Assembly: GCA_017881075.1 (NCBI GenBank)
Contig: JADGRH010000006.1
Location: 117,666-181,665 of the forward strand
Length of the DNA stretch: 64,000 nt
Origin: Minisyncoccota bacterium
GTDB lineage: Bacteria; Patescibacteriota; Minisyncoccia; Phycocordibacterales; CAJBRS01
Direction of reading: 5' to 3'
The position numbers and the translations under genes are program-made. The notes beneath the pieces were generated by a model. The model saw only the letters and a list, made by a program, of their open reading frames with translations, was not told the origin of the DNA and did not search any database. Below, piece after piece: positions 27,918 to 37,593 of the stretch (positions are counted from its first letter, which is position 1; each line of letters begins with the position of its first letter).

Positions 27918-29450
27918 CTATCTAGCAAATTCAATAGCTCGGTTTTCGCGAATAACTGTAACCTTTATTTCTCCAGGATATTTCAATTCCTGTTCAATCT
28001 TTTCCGCTATATCCTGAGCCATTTTTTTGGCGTCGAGATCAGAGACTTCACTTGGAGTAACAAAGATGCGGATCTCACGGCCGGCCTGAAGGGCGTATGA
28101 TTTCTCCACTCCTTTGAAACCCTTGGCAATAGCCTCAAGATCACCAAGTCGCTTCAGATAGTTCTCCATGCTGTCGCGGCGGGCGCCAGGGCGCCCGCCG
28201 GAAATAGAGTCGGCGGTTTGAACAATAATAGACTCAACGGTTTCGTAAGGATATTCTTCATGATGTGCCTGCATGGCCTTGACGATATCCTCATGCGCTC
28301 CGAATTTTTGCAGAATTCGGCGACCGATCTCCACGTGTGTCCCGGCTACTTCATGATCTACCGCCTTACCGATGTCGTGAAGAAGAGCGCCGGCTTTGGC
28401 TATTTGCACATTTGCTCCGAGCTCTTCGGCGAGCATACCGGCAATGTGAGCCATCTCAATTGAGTGTTGCAAAACATTTTGACCATAGCTGGTTCGAAAA
28501 TAGAGTCGGCCGAGAATGGAAATAATTCGTGGATCAAGATTAATGACGCCGGTTTCGTATACGGCCTGCTCACCTTTTTCTTTAATAATATTATTGATCT
28601 CCAGTTTGGCCTTTTCTACTTCCTTCTCGATCTTGGCTGGCTGAATACGGCCATCCAAAATGAGATTCTCCAAAGCCAGCCGTGCCACTTGTCTGCGGAC
28701 CGGATCAAAGGAAGAAATGGTAATGGAGCCAGGTGTATCGTCCACAATGATTTCCACACCCGTTTCGCGCTCAAAAGCCTTAATATTTCGGCCTTCCTTG
28801 CCGATAATTTTGCCTTTAATCTCATCCGATGGAATAGCAACGTGGGTGGTGAAGAGATCGGCGGATACGGACGTAGCCAGTCTTTGAATGGTAGTGGAAA
28901 GTATGTCTTTAGCTTTCTGTTCCAATTTATCTTGACCAAATATTTCCATTTTCTTCATTCTGGCCAGAATATCTTCCTCGTATTTTTTCTCCACACTCCC
29001 GAGGAGTTCATTTTTAGCTTCTTCCTGACTAAGGCCAGAGATTTTTTCAAGCTCTGCTCGCTTCTGGGCCTCCAGATTATCGACTTTTTCTTTGATATCC
29101 TTTATCTCAATGACTTTCACCTTGAGAGTTTCAACTTCTTTATCAATATCTCCTTGACGAGTATCCAGGAGTTCTTCTTTCTTGATCAGACGATCTTCAG
29201 TTTTCTTCGACTTCTCCTCCTTTTCCTTAATATCTTCGCGGATCTCTCTAAGGGTTTCAGTGGCCTCCTTTTCCGCGGCCAGGGTTATTTTCTTGGCCTC
29301 TTCTTTAGCATCAAGCATCATCTGCTTGATCTCGATCTCCATTGAACCTTTTTTACCAAGAGCAATAATCAGTCGGAGAAAATATCCGAGAGCAATGCCA
29401 ACTAAGCCGGTCGATGCCAGCATCAGAACTACTATTTTTAATGAAATCAT
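27918..29450 (-). CDS. rny: Ribonuclease Y
   Basis: N-terminal TM, coiled coil, KH (KGKIIGKEGRNI), HD (LLHDIGKA), RPGAR. Confidence 0.97.
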   Translation of the reverse strand: MISLKIVVLMLASTGLVGIALGYFLRLIIALGKKGSMEIEIKQMMLDAKEEAKKITLAAEKEATETLREIREDIKEKEEKSKKTEDRLIKKEELLDTRQGDIDKEVETLKVKVIEIKDIKEKVDNLEAQKRAELEKISGLSQEEAKNELLGSVEKKYEEDILARMKKMEIFGQDKLEQKAKDILSTTIQRLATSVSADLFTTHVAIPSDEIKGKIIGKEGRNIKAFERETGVEIIVDDTPGSITISSFDPVRRQVARLALENLILDGRIQPAKIEKEVEKAKLEINNIIKEKGEQAVYETGVINLDPRIISILGRLYFRTSYGQNVLQHSIEMAHIAGMLAEELGANVQIAKAGALLHDIGKAVDHEVAGTHVEIGRRILQKFGAHEDIVKAMQAHHEEYPYETVESIIVQTADSISGGRPGARRDSMENYLKRLGDLEAIAKGFKGVEKSYALQAGREIRIFVTPSEVSDLDAKKMAQDIAEKIEQELKYPGEIKVTVIRENRAIEFAR

Positions 29451-29591
29451 AGGCGAATGGATCTCGCTTTAGACTTTATGAAGATGATCTATGAAGTTTT
29501 TAGAATTAGTTTCATTGAAAAAAATGACATCTCTTTAGTGGTCAAAAGCTAAAATCAAAATTATATGTTTAATGTCTTTAGGATACAGCAT

Positions 29592-30161
29592 CTAAAGAAT
29601 CTTGTCTATAAGGCCGTATTTTTTGGCCTCTTCGGCATTCATGAAATAGTCGCGATCAACATCCTTGGCCACCTGGTCCAGGGACTTGCCGGTGTTTTTG
29701 GCTAGGATTTTATTGAGGTTTTCTCTGATGCGGACGATTTGTTTGGCGGTGATCTCAATGTCGGTGGCTCGGCCTTCGGCTCCGCCGGAAGGCTGATGGA
29801 TCATTATTTCGGCATTAGGCAGAGCAAAACGTTTTCCTTTCTTTCCGGCGGAAAGAATGATGGCGCCGCCGGAGGCGGCGAGGCCGACACAGATAGTGGC
29901 GACATCATTTTTGATGTAATTCATGGTGTCTAACATGGCGAGGGTGGCAGTGACTGATCCCCCGGGAGAATTTATATAGAGGTTAATATCTTTTTTGGGA
30001 TCCTCAAATTGGAGGAAAAGAAGTTGGGCGATAACGATATTGGCCATCTGATCATCAATGGCGCCGCCGAGGAAGATGACGTTCTCGCGAAGAAGGCGGG
30101 AGTAAATATCATAGGCGCGCTCGCCGAATTGGGATTTTTCGATAACTGTGGGGATTAACAT
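29592..30161 (-). CDS. clpP: ATP-dependent Clp protease proteolytic subunit
   Basis: [33 protein letters not shown]. Confidence 0.97.
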   Translation of the reverse strand: MLIPTVIEKSQFGERAYDIYSRLLRENVIFLGGAIDDQMANIVIAQLLFLQFEDPKKDINLYINSPGGSVTATLAMLDTMNYIKNDVATICVGLAASGGAIILSAGKKGKRFALPNAEIMIHQPSGGAEGRATDIEITAKQIVRIRENLNKILAKNTGKSLDQVAKDVDRDYFMNAEEAKKYGLIDKIL

Positions 30162-30233
30162 ATGGGGAAAGTATATTAAATCGGTTTTAAAATGCAAATG
30201 GCGCTCTGGCTGGACTTATGAAACAATTAAGGA

Positions 30234-30962
30234 ATGAGGCTACACCGGTTTTTAATTGAAGAGGTTATAGGGGGAGCGGAGGAGATCATGATTACCGACT
30301 CCGAGCTTATTCACCAGTGGAAGAACGTTTTTCGGTTTACGACCGGGACACGGCTAATCCTTTTTGATGGTTCCGGTTTTGAATATCTGGGTTTGATTGA
30401 TCGACTCTCTAATCTTGGAGCCAAGGTCAGAATCTTAAGCAAGGAAGACAAAAATAACGTTCCATATCCAGAAATTTGTCTTTTTGCCGCTCTGATTAAG
30501 AAAGATAATTTTGAGTGGATTATTGAAAAGGCGACTGAACTTGGGGTTTCACAAATTGTGCCGGTTCTCTGTGACCGAAGTGAGAAGAAGGGACTGAACA
30601 TGGTCCGAGCAAAGAAGATCATGAAAGAGGCGAGCGAGCAGTCGGGAAGGGTAAAGTTGCCCAGGTTGAATGAGCCTCAAGCGCTTGAGGATTTACTGAA
30701 AAGTATAAAGATTGGAGATGAAGAAAACTTAAAAATTTTCTCAATAGATCCGAAAGGAAAGATAAAATTTGGAAACTTAGCTTCCAAATGGAAAGAGGTT
30801 AAAGAAATTGGGGTTTTGGTGGGGCCGGAAGGGGGGTGGAGTGAAAGGGAATTGGAGCTTTTCCGTCTGAAAAAGATCCCAATCTATAGTCTCGGCCCTC
30901 AAATCCTCCGGGCCGAGACGGCAGCTATCGCAGTTGCATCTCTACTTATTTTAGGAGAATGA
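30234..30962 (+). CDS. rsmE: 16S rRNA m3U1498 methyltransferase
   Basis: EKATELGV, EASEQSGR, VGPEGG, LGPQILRAETA. Confidence 0.96.
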   Translation: MRLHRFLIEEVIGGAEEIMITDSELIHQWKNVFRFTTGTRLILFDGSGFEYLGLIDRLSNLGAKVRILSKEDKNNVPYPEICLFAALIKKDNFEWIIEKATELGVSQIVPVLCDRSEKKGLNMVRAKKIMKEASEQSGRVKLPRLNEPQALEDLLKSIKIGDEENLKIFSIDPKGKIKFGNLASKWKEVKEIGVLVGPEGGWSERELELFRLKKIPIYSLGPQILRAETAAIAVASLLILGE

Positions 30963-30989
30963 ATTATCGAAGTCTGACTTCAATAATTC
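30961..30989. repeat. GAAGTC-T-GACTTC palindrome between convergent rsmE and tig
   Basis: GAATTATCGAAGTCTGACTTCAATAATTC. Confidence 0.85.
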
Positions 30990-30990
30990 A

Positions 30991-32025
30991 TTATTTCTTC
31001 TCCTCTAAAAATCGCCACACTAATTCATTAGTGAGTAACTGTTCGATGTAGATGCGGACACGAGACGGGTCGGCGTCTTTGTGGTGGGAGAGGAGATGCT
31101 TGGTTTCTTTTTCAACATCCTCTTTTGCCGGCTCAATCTTTTCGAGAAGGGCAATTTTCTGTAAGATTAATTCCATCTTGGCACGTTTTTCAGCTTCATT
31201 TTTCCATTCACCTTTTATTTCCTCTTCAGTCTTTCCGATCTGTTTAAAATAATCTTCAATTTTTATTCCCATACCACTAACATTGCTTTTGAATTGAGTG
31301 AGCATTTTTTCCTGTTCACTTTCCACCAGGATTTTCGGGACCACCACACTCGTGGCGGCAATAATTTTCTCAATAGTTTCTAAACGACGTTTTTCCCGCA
31401 GACGCAATTCTTTCTCGTTTCGTAAATTTTCTCGTAGTTGATTTTTAAAATCTTCCACGTCTTTGAATTCACCGAATTGTTTTACTAATTCATTGGTCAG
31501 CGGGGTGAGAGGCGGCGGCACGGCATTTTCCGCCGCCGCCTTTTCGGGCGATAGGTTCTTTTGAAAACGCAAAAGAGCCTCTTCAAATTCTTGATCGGTA
31601 ACTTCGGCTTTTTCATCTTTCCCCATGATTGCCTTAGCCAATTTTTTATAATCTGGCAACTTAACCTCTGGCACCATAGCCACTTTTATTTTAAAACCCA
31701 GAGGATTGCCGGCCGCAAGTTTAGTGATGGAAACTTGCGGCCGACCGACAGGGTTGATCTTTACTTCAATCAGTATCTTTAAATAAAAATTTTCTAGGGC
31801 GAGCGAGGCGGCTTCTTCAAGAATGCCGAGATCACCGACCTTCTCAATCAGCACCTTCTCCGGAATATGACCTTTGCGAAAGCCATCAATTGTTAGTCGC
31901 TCGTTCAATCTTTTAATGGCCTCAACGCGATGTCTAGCCACGGCTTCAACCGATATTTCTCCTTCAATTTCAATTTCCGAATCAGGCAACTGATTCGTCT
32001 TTAAGATTTTGAATTCCTCCTTCAT
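30991..32025 (-). CDS. tig: Trigger factor (short, lacking FKBP/PPIase domain)
   Basis: IDGFRKGHIP ribosome-binding motif; 344 aa. Confidence 0.9.
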   Translation of the reverse strand: MKEEFKILKTNQLPDSEIEIEGEISVEAVARHRVEAIKRLNERLTIDGFRKGHIPEKVLIEKVGDLGILEEAASLALENFYLKILIEVKINPVGRPQVSITKLAAGNPLGFKIKVAMVPEVKLPDYKKLAKAIMGKDEKAEVTDQEFEEALLRFQKNLSPEKAAAENAVPPPLTPLTNELVKQFGEFKDVEDFKNQLRENLRNEKELRLREKRRLETIEKIIAATSVVVPKILVESEQEKMLTQFKSNVSGMGIKIEDYFKQIGKTEEEIKGEWKNEAEKRAKMELILQKIALLEKIEPAKEDVEKETKHLLSHHKDADPSRVRIYIEQLLTNELVWRFLEEKK

Positions 32026-32219
32026 TAGGTAGTGGTAGCGCTTAGGCCAATGACAACGCCACTTGTGCTAGTCGAGGTAGGAAATGAGGAATGATTAATC
32101 CTTGGCCCAATTTTAAATCTCCAAAAATAATATGCGCCGAGAAGTAGCACTAAGACGACAATGATAATGCCAATTACTCCTCCGACAGATGAAGCTCCAA
32201 GTTTTAAATTTCTTTTCAT
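32025..32219 (-). CDS. Small pilin-like membrane protein
   Basis: Basic N-terminus, Gly, then hydrophobic helix (KLG-ASSVGGVIGIIIVV). Confidence 0.6.
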   Translation of the reverse strand: MKRNLKLGASSVGGVIGIIIVVLVLLLGAYYFWRFKIGPRINHSSFPTSTSTSGVVIGLSATTT

Positions 32220-32222
32220 GAA

Positions 32223-32771
32223 TTACTTTGGAAATTTTTCTTGATAGATTTTTATGGATTTATTTACTGCTTCCATTGCCTCTGCTTTTCCTTTTATTTC
32301 ACCAATAGTAACAACATTACTCTCACCTTTTAAAGTTTTATATGTTTCAAAAAAGTGCTGAATTTCGCGAATAGTGTGTTTATTAACATCCTTCAGATCT
32401 TTAATCTCTTCCCAGCGTCTGTCTTTCACCGGCACGGCAATAACTTTACAATCCGATTCGCCGTCATCAATCATTTCCATCATTGCTACCGGTCTGACTT
32501 CCACTAACACTCCTACTTGAATAGGAAAAGTGGAGAGAACAATAATATCGAGAGCATCCCCATCTTCCCACAGTGTTTGCGGAGCAAATCCATAATCAAC
32601 TGGGTACGCAGCGGAGGAATAATTGGCACGATCAAGAGCGATAAGACCGGTCTTCTTGTCTATTTCATATTTATTATTTGAGCCTTTTGGAATTTCAATA
32701 ATGGTATTGAATTCTTCGGGGGCTTTGTCTCCTAGGGGCACATCGTGCCAGAGGTTCATTCCGTGTGTCAT
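32223..32771 (-). CDS. ppa: Family I inorganic pyrophosphatase
   Basis: EIPKGS..KYE, YPVDYG, EDGDALD, FFETYK. Confidence 0.96.
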   Translation of the reverse strand: MTHGMNLWHDVPLGDKAPEEFNTIIEIPKGSNNKYEIDKKTGLIALDRANYSSAAYPVDYGFAPQTLWEDGDALDIIVLSTFPIQVGVLVEVRPVAMMEMIDDGESDCKVIAVPVKDRRWEEIKDLKDVNKHTIREIQHFFETYKTLKGESNVVTIGEIKGKAEAMEAVNKSIKIYQEKFPK

Positions 32772-32844
32772 GGTTTTATTATATCAAATATTAATTGACT
32801 CGCGCCACGAACGTACAATTTCAAGCGATATTAATAGGAATATC

Positions 32845-32966
32845 ACCCTGGTCCCCCGCATCCTTTCCGTTCGACTTTTCCTCCCAGAACCTCGGAAAAG
32901 CGACCGTAAACTCTGCGGGAACAGCCTGGACGTTTGGGCATTGCAAAATGTTTATTTGGTGGCGGC
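32845..32966 (+). repeat. Structured intergenic repeat, copy B
   Basis: ACCCTGGTCCCCCGCATCC...GGGAACAGCCTGGACGTTTGGGCATTGCA. Confidence 0.9.
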
Positions 32967-32976
32967 GATAAACTTT

Positions 32977-34152
32977 TTACTTGGTTTCAGTATCACTTTT
33001 TTCAACTTCCCCTTCCGCAATCGTCTCACCCTTAGCTGATCGAATATCAATTCTCCACCCAGTGAGCTTAGCGGCCAATCTTACGTTTTGCCCACCTTTG
33101 CCGATAGCGAGTGACTGCTGATCTTCTGTCACTTCTACTACGGCGGTGTTCTCTTCCTGATTAATAGCGACATTCAGAACCTTGGCGGGGGAGAGAGCGT
33201 CCTCAATGAACTGCTCTGCTCCTGGTGACCATTCAATAATATCAATTTTTTCGCCGCCAAGCTCGCTCATAACGGTGGAAACTCGAACGCCACGTTGTCC
33301 TACCATTGAGCCTACCGGATCAATATGTGGATCATTGGAAGCAACGGCAATTTTAGAGCGGGAGCCAGCCTCGCGAGCAATAGCCTTTACTTCAACGCTA
33401 CCGCTCGGGATTTCCGGCACCTCGGATTCAAAAAGCTTAGCCAAGAATTTTGGATGAGCCCGGGAAAGCCGCAGAAAAATTCCGCGAGGGGTTTCCTCCA
33501 CTCTTGAAAGATACATTCTTACTCGCTCTCCTTGTCGGTAGTGCTCTCCGGGTATTTGCTCTTCGTAGGGAAGGATTCCGCTGGCTCGCCCCATATCCAT
33601 GAAGATGTTTCCGCGTTCTACTCTTTGGACGGTGCCACTAACTATCTCTCCCTCGCGTTTGCCGTATTCAGAAAGGACGGAAGTCTTTTCAGCTTCACGA
33701 ATTTTCTGAATGATCACTTGCTTGGCTGTCTGAGCGGCGATTCGGCCGTAATCACTCTTGGCCTCGAGTGGAAAAATTAATTCCTCACCGACTTCAACAC
33801 CCTTTTTAATTTTACGAGCATCGTCGATCAAAATGTGATGTTCCGGATTGAATCGCACCTTCAATTCGCCCTCGAGGCTCTCGGGGTGATCACTCCATTT
33901 CTCCGGTGTCTCTTCCCCTTCTTCTTCAAAAACTACTTTGGATTCGTCCACGACGATCTTTACCTGAAAGAAGTCGGCTTTACCGCTTGAGAGATCGAAT
34001 TTGGCCCGGATATATTGACCGCGTTTGCCATACTCTTTTTTATAAGCAGTAGCCAGGGCCATCTCAATAGCTTCAAGGATTTTCTCACGAGGAATACCTC
34101 GCTCTTCTTCAAGCTGATCTAAAACTGAATGAATAACTTTTAAGTCGAACAT
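32977..34152 (-). CDS. nusA: Transcription factor NusA
   Basis: GRIAAQTAKQVI, AREAGSRSKIAV, SLAIGKGGQNVRLA. Confidence 0.98.
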   Translation of the reverse strand: MFDLKVIHSVLDQLEEERGIPREKILEAIEMALATAYKKEYGKRGQYIRAKFDLSSGKADFFQVKIVVDESKVVFEEEGEETPEKWSDHPESLEGELKVRFNPEHHILIDDARKIKKGVEVGEELIFPLEAKSDYGRIAAQTAKQVIIQKIREAEKTSVLSEYGKREGEIVSGTVQRVERGNIFMDMGRASGILPYEEQIPGEHYRQGERVRMYLSRVEETPRGIFLRLSRAHPKFLAKLFESEVPEIPSGSVEVKAIAREAGSRSKIAVASNDPHIDPVGSMVGQRGVRVSTVMSELGGEKIDIIEWSPGAEQFIEDALSPAKVLNVAINQEENTAVVEVTEDQQSLAIGKGGQNVRLAAKLTGWRIDIRSAKGETIAEGEVEKSDTETK

Positions 34153-34251
34153 GTTATAGCTGTTAGGAATTAGTAATAATTTTTTAAAAAAGAAGTTCGC
34201 CGGAAGGCGAACTAATAATTAAACTTTATTCTTTTTAAATCATTTGTCAAT

Positions 34252-34375
34252 CCCCGCCACTAAAAGGTCTGCTGTGCAATATCCAAACGTCCAGGCTGTT
34301 CCCGGAGAGCTCGTGAACGACACTTCTGGAGTCTTCGGAAGAATGTCGGGCAGGAGCGATACGGGGGACCAGGGT
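34252..34375 (-). repeat. Structured intergenic repeat, copy C (inverted relative to B)
   Basis: Reverse complement ACCCTGGTCCCCCG...CGGGAACAGCCTGGACGTTTGGATATTGCACAG. Confidence 0.88.
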
Positions 34376-34447
34376 TGTCCACATTCTTTAGATTGCTTTA
34401 ATCACCAATTCTCTCTATTATATGAGCGTAATCTCTTTATCTAGATA

Positions 34448-35569
34448 ATGAAAAAAACTTCTTATCTTTTAGTCATTCTTCTCTCATTTGTGGTCTTTTC
34501 TGTAGTGGTTGCTACTACCACTACCCTTTATAATGTAAAGGGTTATTCATGGTCTTCTAATGTCGGTTGGGTAAAGGCTGATCCTACTAACGGAGGAGTT
34601 TTTATGAGTAACGACGGTACTCTTTCGGGTTATGCTTGGGCAAATCCTTACGATAGTCGTGACGGTAGCAAAAATCTTGGTTGGCTAAGTTTTAAAGCGT
34701 CCGACATTTCTGGCTGTCCTTCTGGTCCTGGTACTTGTCCTGCCACGGTAACCTCAACGACCACCAACAGCACCGTTACCGGCTGGGCTCGTTTTATAGC
34801 ACATGATGTTTTACCTAACACATATTATACCGGATGGGTCCATCTTAGCGGCACAGCTACTAACGGCTCTCCTTACGGCGTTACATATGATGCATCGGCT
34901 AAAACTCTTAATGGATATGCTTGGGGCGGTAATGTAGTAGGTTGGATTCATATAAGTTTCAGTATAGAGGGTACCTGTGAACTCGCTACTGCCCCAGCAG
35001 CGCCTACCGGCCTTCAGGCTTCGGCGGCCAGTTGCAACGAAGTGGATCTATCATGGATCGCACCACCCGCTACTAATCCTCCAGTATCAGGTTACTATAT
35101 TTATAGAAATGGCCAGTTAGTATTTAGTAGCATTTCACCTTCTGCTATAGACACCACTGTCATCCCAGGACAAAATTATAGTTATCGAGTCTCCGCCTAT
35201 ATCGGTGGCGCTTGTCAGTTCGTTGAAGGGGGACAAAGCTCTTTAGTGAACGTTAACACTCCGAATAGTTGCAATACCGGCCAACCGGCCCTGTCATTAA
35301 AATGTTTCCCAACCAATGTTATCAAAGGAGCATCAGCAACTCTTAACTGGACAGCTTCTTCCGGTGGTTCTTGCACTATCACCGGCACGGATCCTAAATT
35401 TTCGCCGGTAACTTTCTCTGTTGATGATAAAGGAGGCAGTGGATCTGTTCCGACAGGACCAATCACTCAAACTCGTGATTACAATATGACTTGTACTGGA
35501 GCAAAGGGCGCGGAAAGTGTCAGCACCAAGGGTACCTGCTACGTATCGGCTGAATATCAACATTTTTAA
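34448..35569 (+). CDS. Secreted surface protein with G(Y/W)AW repeats and fibronectin type III domain
   Basis: Signal peptide; GYSWS/GYAWA/GWAR/GYAWG repeats; APTGL..VDLSW..GYYIYRNG..YSYRVSA. Confidence 0.75.
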   Translation: MKKTSYLLVILLSFVVFSVVVATTTTLYNVKGYSWSSNVGWVKADPTNGGVFMSNDGTLSGYAWANPYDSRDGSKNLGWLSFKASDISGCPSGPGTCPATVTSTTTNSTVTGWARFIAHDVLPNTYYTGWVHLSGTATNGSPYGVTYDASAKTLNGYAWGGNVVGWIHISFSIEGTCELATAPAAPTGLQASAASCNEVDLSWIAPPATNPPVSGYYIYRNGQLVFSSISPSAIDTTVIPGQNYSYRVSAYIGGACQFVEGGQSSLVNVNTPNSCNTGQPALSLKCFPTNVIKGASATLNWTASSGGSCTITGTDPKFSPVTFSVDDKGGSGSVPTGPITQTRDYNMTCTGAKGAESVSTKGTCYVSAEYQHF

Positions 35570-35575
35570 ACCATC

Positions 35576-35884
35576 ATGAACGAAGATAATTCATTTTTTT
35601 TAAGATATAAAACAAGTATTCTAATCATAATAGTGGCTATCTTTGTAGTGGCGGGGATCCTGCTATGGATGGGCACATTGAAAAATATCATTCCCATAAA
35701 TCAAAAACAATCAGGAAACACTCTTACAGAGGAGCAAATTCAGGCTATAATAAAAGATCGGCCGATAGGACCGGGAACTCTGACCACCAAACAAAGGAGC
35801 GCTATTTTAAACGATAAGCCGACAGGGACATCAACTCTTAGTGCAGAACAAAGAAATCAAATTTTAAACGATAAACCAAAATAA
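35576..35884 (+). CDS. Small membrane-anchored protein with three 19-aa repeats
   Basis: TM helix; TLTEEQIQAIIKDRP / TLTTKQRSAILNDKP / TLSAEQRNQILNDKP. Confidence 0.7.
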   Translation: MNEDNSFFLRYKTSILIIIVAIFVVAGILLWMGTLKNIIPINQKQSGNTLTEEQIQAIIKDRPIGPGTLTTKQRSAILNDKPTGTSTLSAEQRNQILNDKPK

Positions 35885-35904
35885 TTAATCATTAAAAAAT
35901 TAAT

Positions 35905-36519
35905 ATGAAAAATCTAAGCAAAAAATTATTAGGTCCGGTTCAGGTGGTGATTCTGGCAATACTATTCAGTGTTGGTGGCAGTTATCTCTATGCCGCCGTT
36001 TCGGGGTGGTCAGAACCGGGATGTGCCGCGCCAGGTTGTAATGCCACCGCTCCTCTAAATATTTCTACTGACCCGCAAATTAAAGATGGTCCATTATATG
36101 TAGGTAATGTTCCAATGCAGAGTGGCATTGGTTTTCAAGTAGTAAATGGTAATGTTGCAATTGGTAACATTACGCCAACAAATAAGCTAACTGTCGCCGG
36201 AGATATTGGTGCTACTGCTTTCTATTACAGTTCTGACAGAAGTTTGAAGACAAATATTACTCCACTCCAAGATTCTCTGTCAAAAATAACCGAACTCCAA
36301 GGTGTATCTTTTAATTGGAAAAACGGCGGAGCGAAAAGTGATGGATTGATTGCTCAAGATGTGGAAAAAGTTTATCCAGAGTTGGTAAATACTGATCCAA
36401 AGACTGGATTAAAATCATTAGAATATGCCAATCTTGTGGCTCCACTGATTGAGGCAATTAAAACACAACAGAAAGAAATTGATGATCTAAAAGTCCAGAT
36501 TAAAGCATTGCAGAAATAA
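35905..36519 (+). CDS. Exported protein with intramolecular chaperone auto-processing (peptidase S74) domain
   Basis: S|SDRSLKTNI cleavage motif, GLIAQDVEKVYPELV, LEYANLVAPLIEAIK + coiled coil. Confidence 0.9.
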   Translation: MKNLSKKLLGPVQVVILAILFSVGGSYLYAAVSGWSEPGCAAPGCNATAPLNISTDPQIKDGPLYVGNVPMQSGIGFQVVNGNVAIGNITPTNKLTVAGDIGATAFYYSSDRSLKTNITPLQDSLSKITELQGVSFNWKNGGAKSDGLIAQDVEKVYPELVNTDPKTGLKSLEYANLVAPLIEAIKTQQKEIDDLKVQIKALQK

Positions 36520-36552
36520 ATAGTTCGATGATTCTCACTATAAAAAACTAAA

Positions 36553-37560
36553 ATGAAATTTACTTTTTTCTCAAAAGTAAAAAAATGGAAGTCTGTTTAC
36601 GCCATTATTGGTGTGATTAGTTTATTTATATTGATAGGCGTGGCATATGCGGCAACCCAGATCCGTTGTAACGGGAATCCAACCAATATGAGCGGTCACT
36701 TATGGGATTGTTATAGAGTGAACAACGGTCAAACAGTCCGAGTAGGAGATCCGAATAGTCCGATAGCTGAATGGAATCACTGCCAAGATGTAACTTACAA
36801 TCCCAATCCAGTACCTCCAAATGTGGCTGGTATTTTTATTCCAACAGACAAAGCGGACCAATGGCAGAGACTATGGGATCCCACTTCTCGTAGCAATCCC
36901 TTACCGAATGGCTTGTCTCTGGCGAATTGTCCCAACCAGCCTCCATCAACCAACTACACTCTCACTGTCACAACATCTGGAACAGGCTCGGGTACTGTCA
37001 CGAGCAACGTAGGAAATATCAATTGCGGATCAATTTGTTCTCAACAATTCCCGAGTGGAACGGCTGTAACCTTAACTGCTAGTCCGTCGGCAGGTTCTAC
37101 CTTCACTGGCTGGAGTCTGGTAGGATGTCCTAACACAGGAACATGCCCCGTCACTTTAAACAGCGACATTACAGTCAATGCCACCTTCACTCTCACAGGA
37201 GGAACATGTTCGACTTATGAAGCCGTTGGATCCTCGGGAGCGATAGATGGTGCTGGAGGAGGGTCCGGGCCGCCATGTAATGATGGCCCAGCAAATGGAA
37301 GCCTTACTTGTGCAAGATTTCTTGCAAAGGGAGAAGTAGATACATGGGTGGGACCTTCATCTGACGAAAAAACTCTTGCATATGGGGCCATTGATAGTGT
37401 CATTTGGGGACTAGTTAACCCACCCCCGGGTAGTGTGTACAAAAATGGTACTGATCGTAACGGATATGCATGGGACACCGAAGCCGACTATGAGACTTCA
37501 AACGAAAAGGGTTCCAGATACGGCTATTTCCTGCACATATCAAAAGATATTTGTCTTTAA
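36553..37560 (+). CDS. Secreted Cys-rich adhesin-like protein with InlB B-repeat-like domain
   Basis: YTLTVT.SGTGSGTVTS..G.INCG..C...F..GT.VTLTA.P..GSTFTGWS. Confidence 0.75.
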   Translation: MKFTFFSKVKKWKSVYAIIGVISLFILIGVAYAATQIRCNGNPTNMSGHLWDCYRVNNGQTVRVGDPNSPIAEWNHCQDVTYNPNPVPPNVAGIFIPTDKADQWQRLWDPTSRSNPLPNGLSLANCPNQPPSTNYTLTVTTSGTGSGTVTSNVGNINCGSICSQQFPSGTAVTLTASPSAGSTFTGWSLVGCPNTGTCPVTLNSDITVNATFTLTGGTCSTYEAVGSSGAIDGAGGGSGPPCNDGPANGSLTCARFLAKGEVDTWVGPSSDEKTLAYGAIDSVIWGLVNPPPGSVYKNGTDRNGYAWDTEADYETSNEKGSRYGYFLHISKDICL

Positions 37561-37593
37561 GAGTGAGATTGAGGTCTATGTTATAATTTCCGT

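Noticed and set aside
28464-29345. 293-aa plus-strand ORF
   Set aside because: Antisense shadow of rny
34244-34444. Short ORFs over repeat copies (also 59033-59318, 32623-33039)
   Set aside because: They span the structured repeats; the frames are not conserved between copies
35905-36519. S74 protein as evidence of a prophage
   Set aside because: Has an export signal and sits among pilus genes; no capsid, terminase or portal
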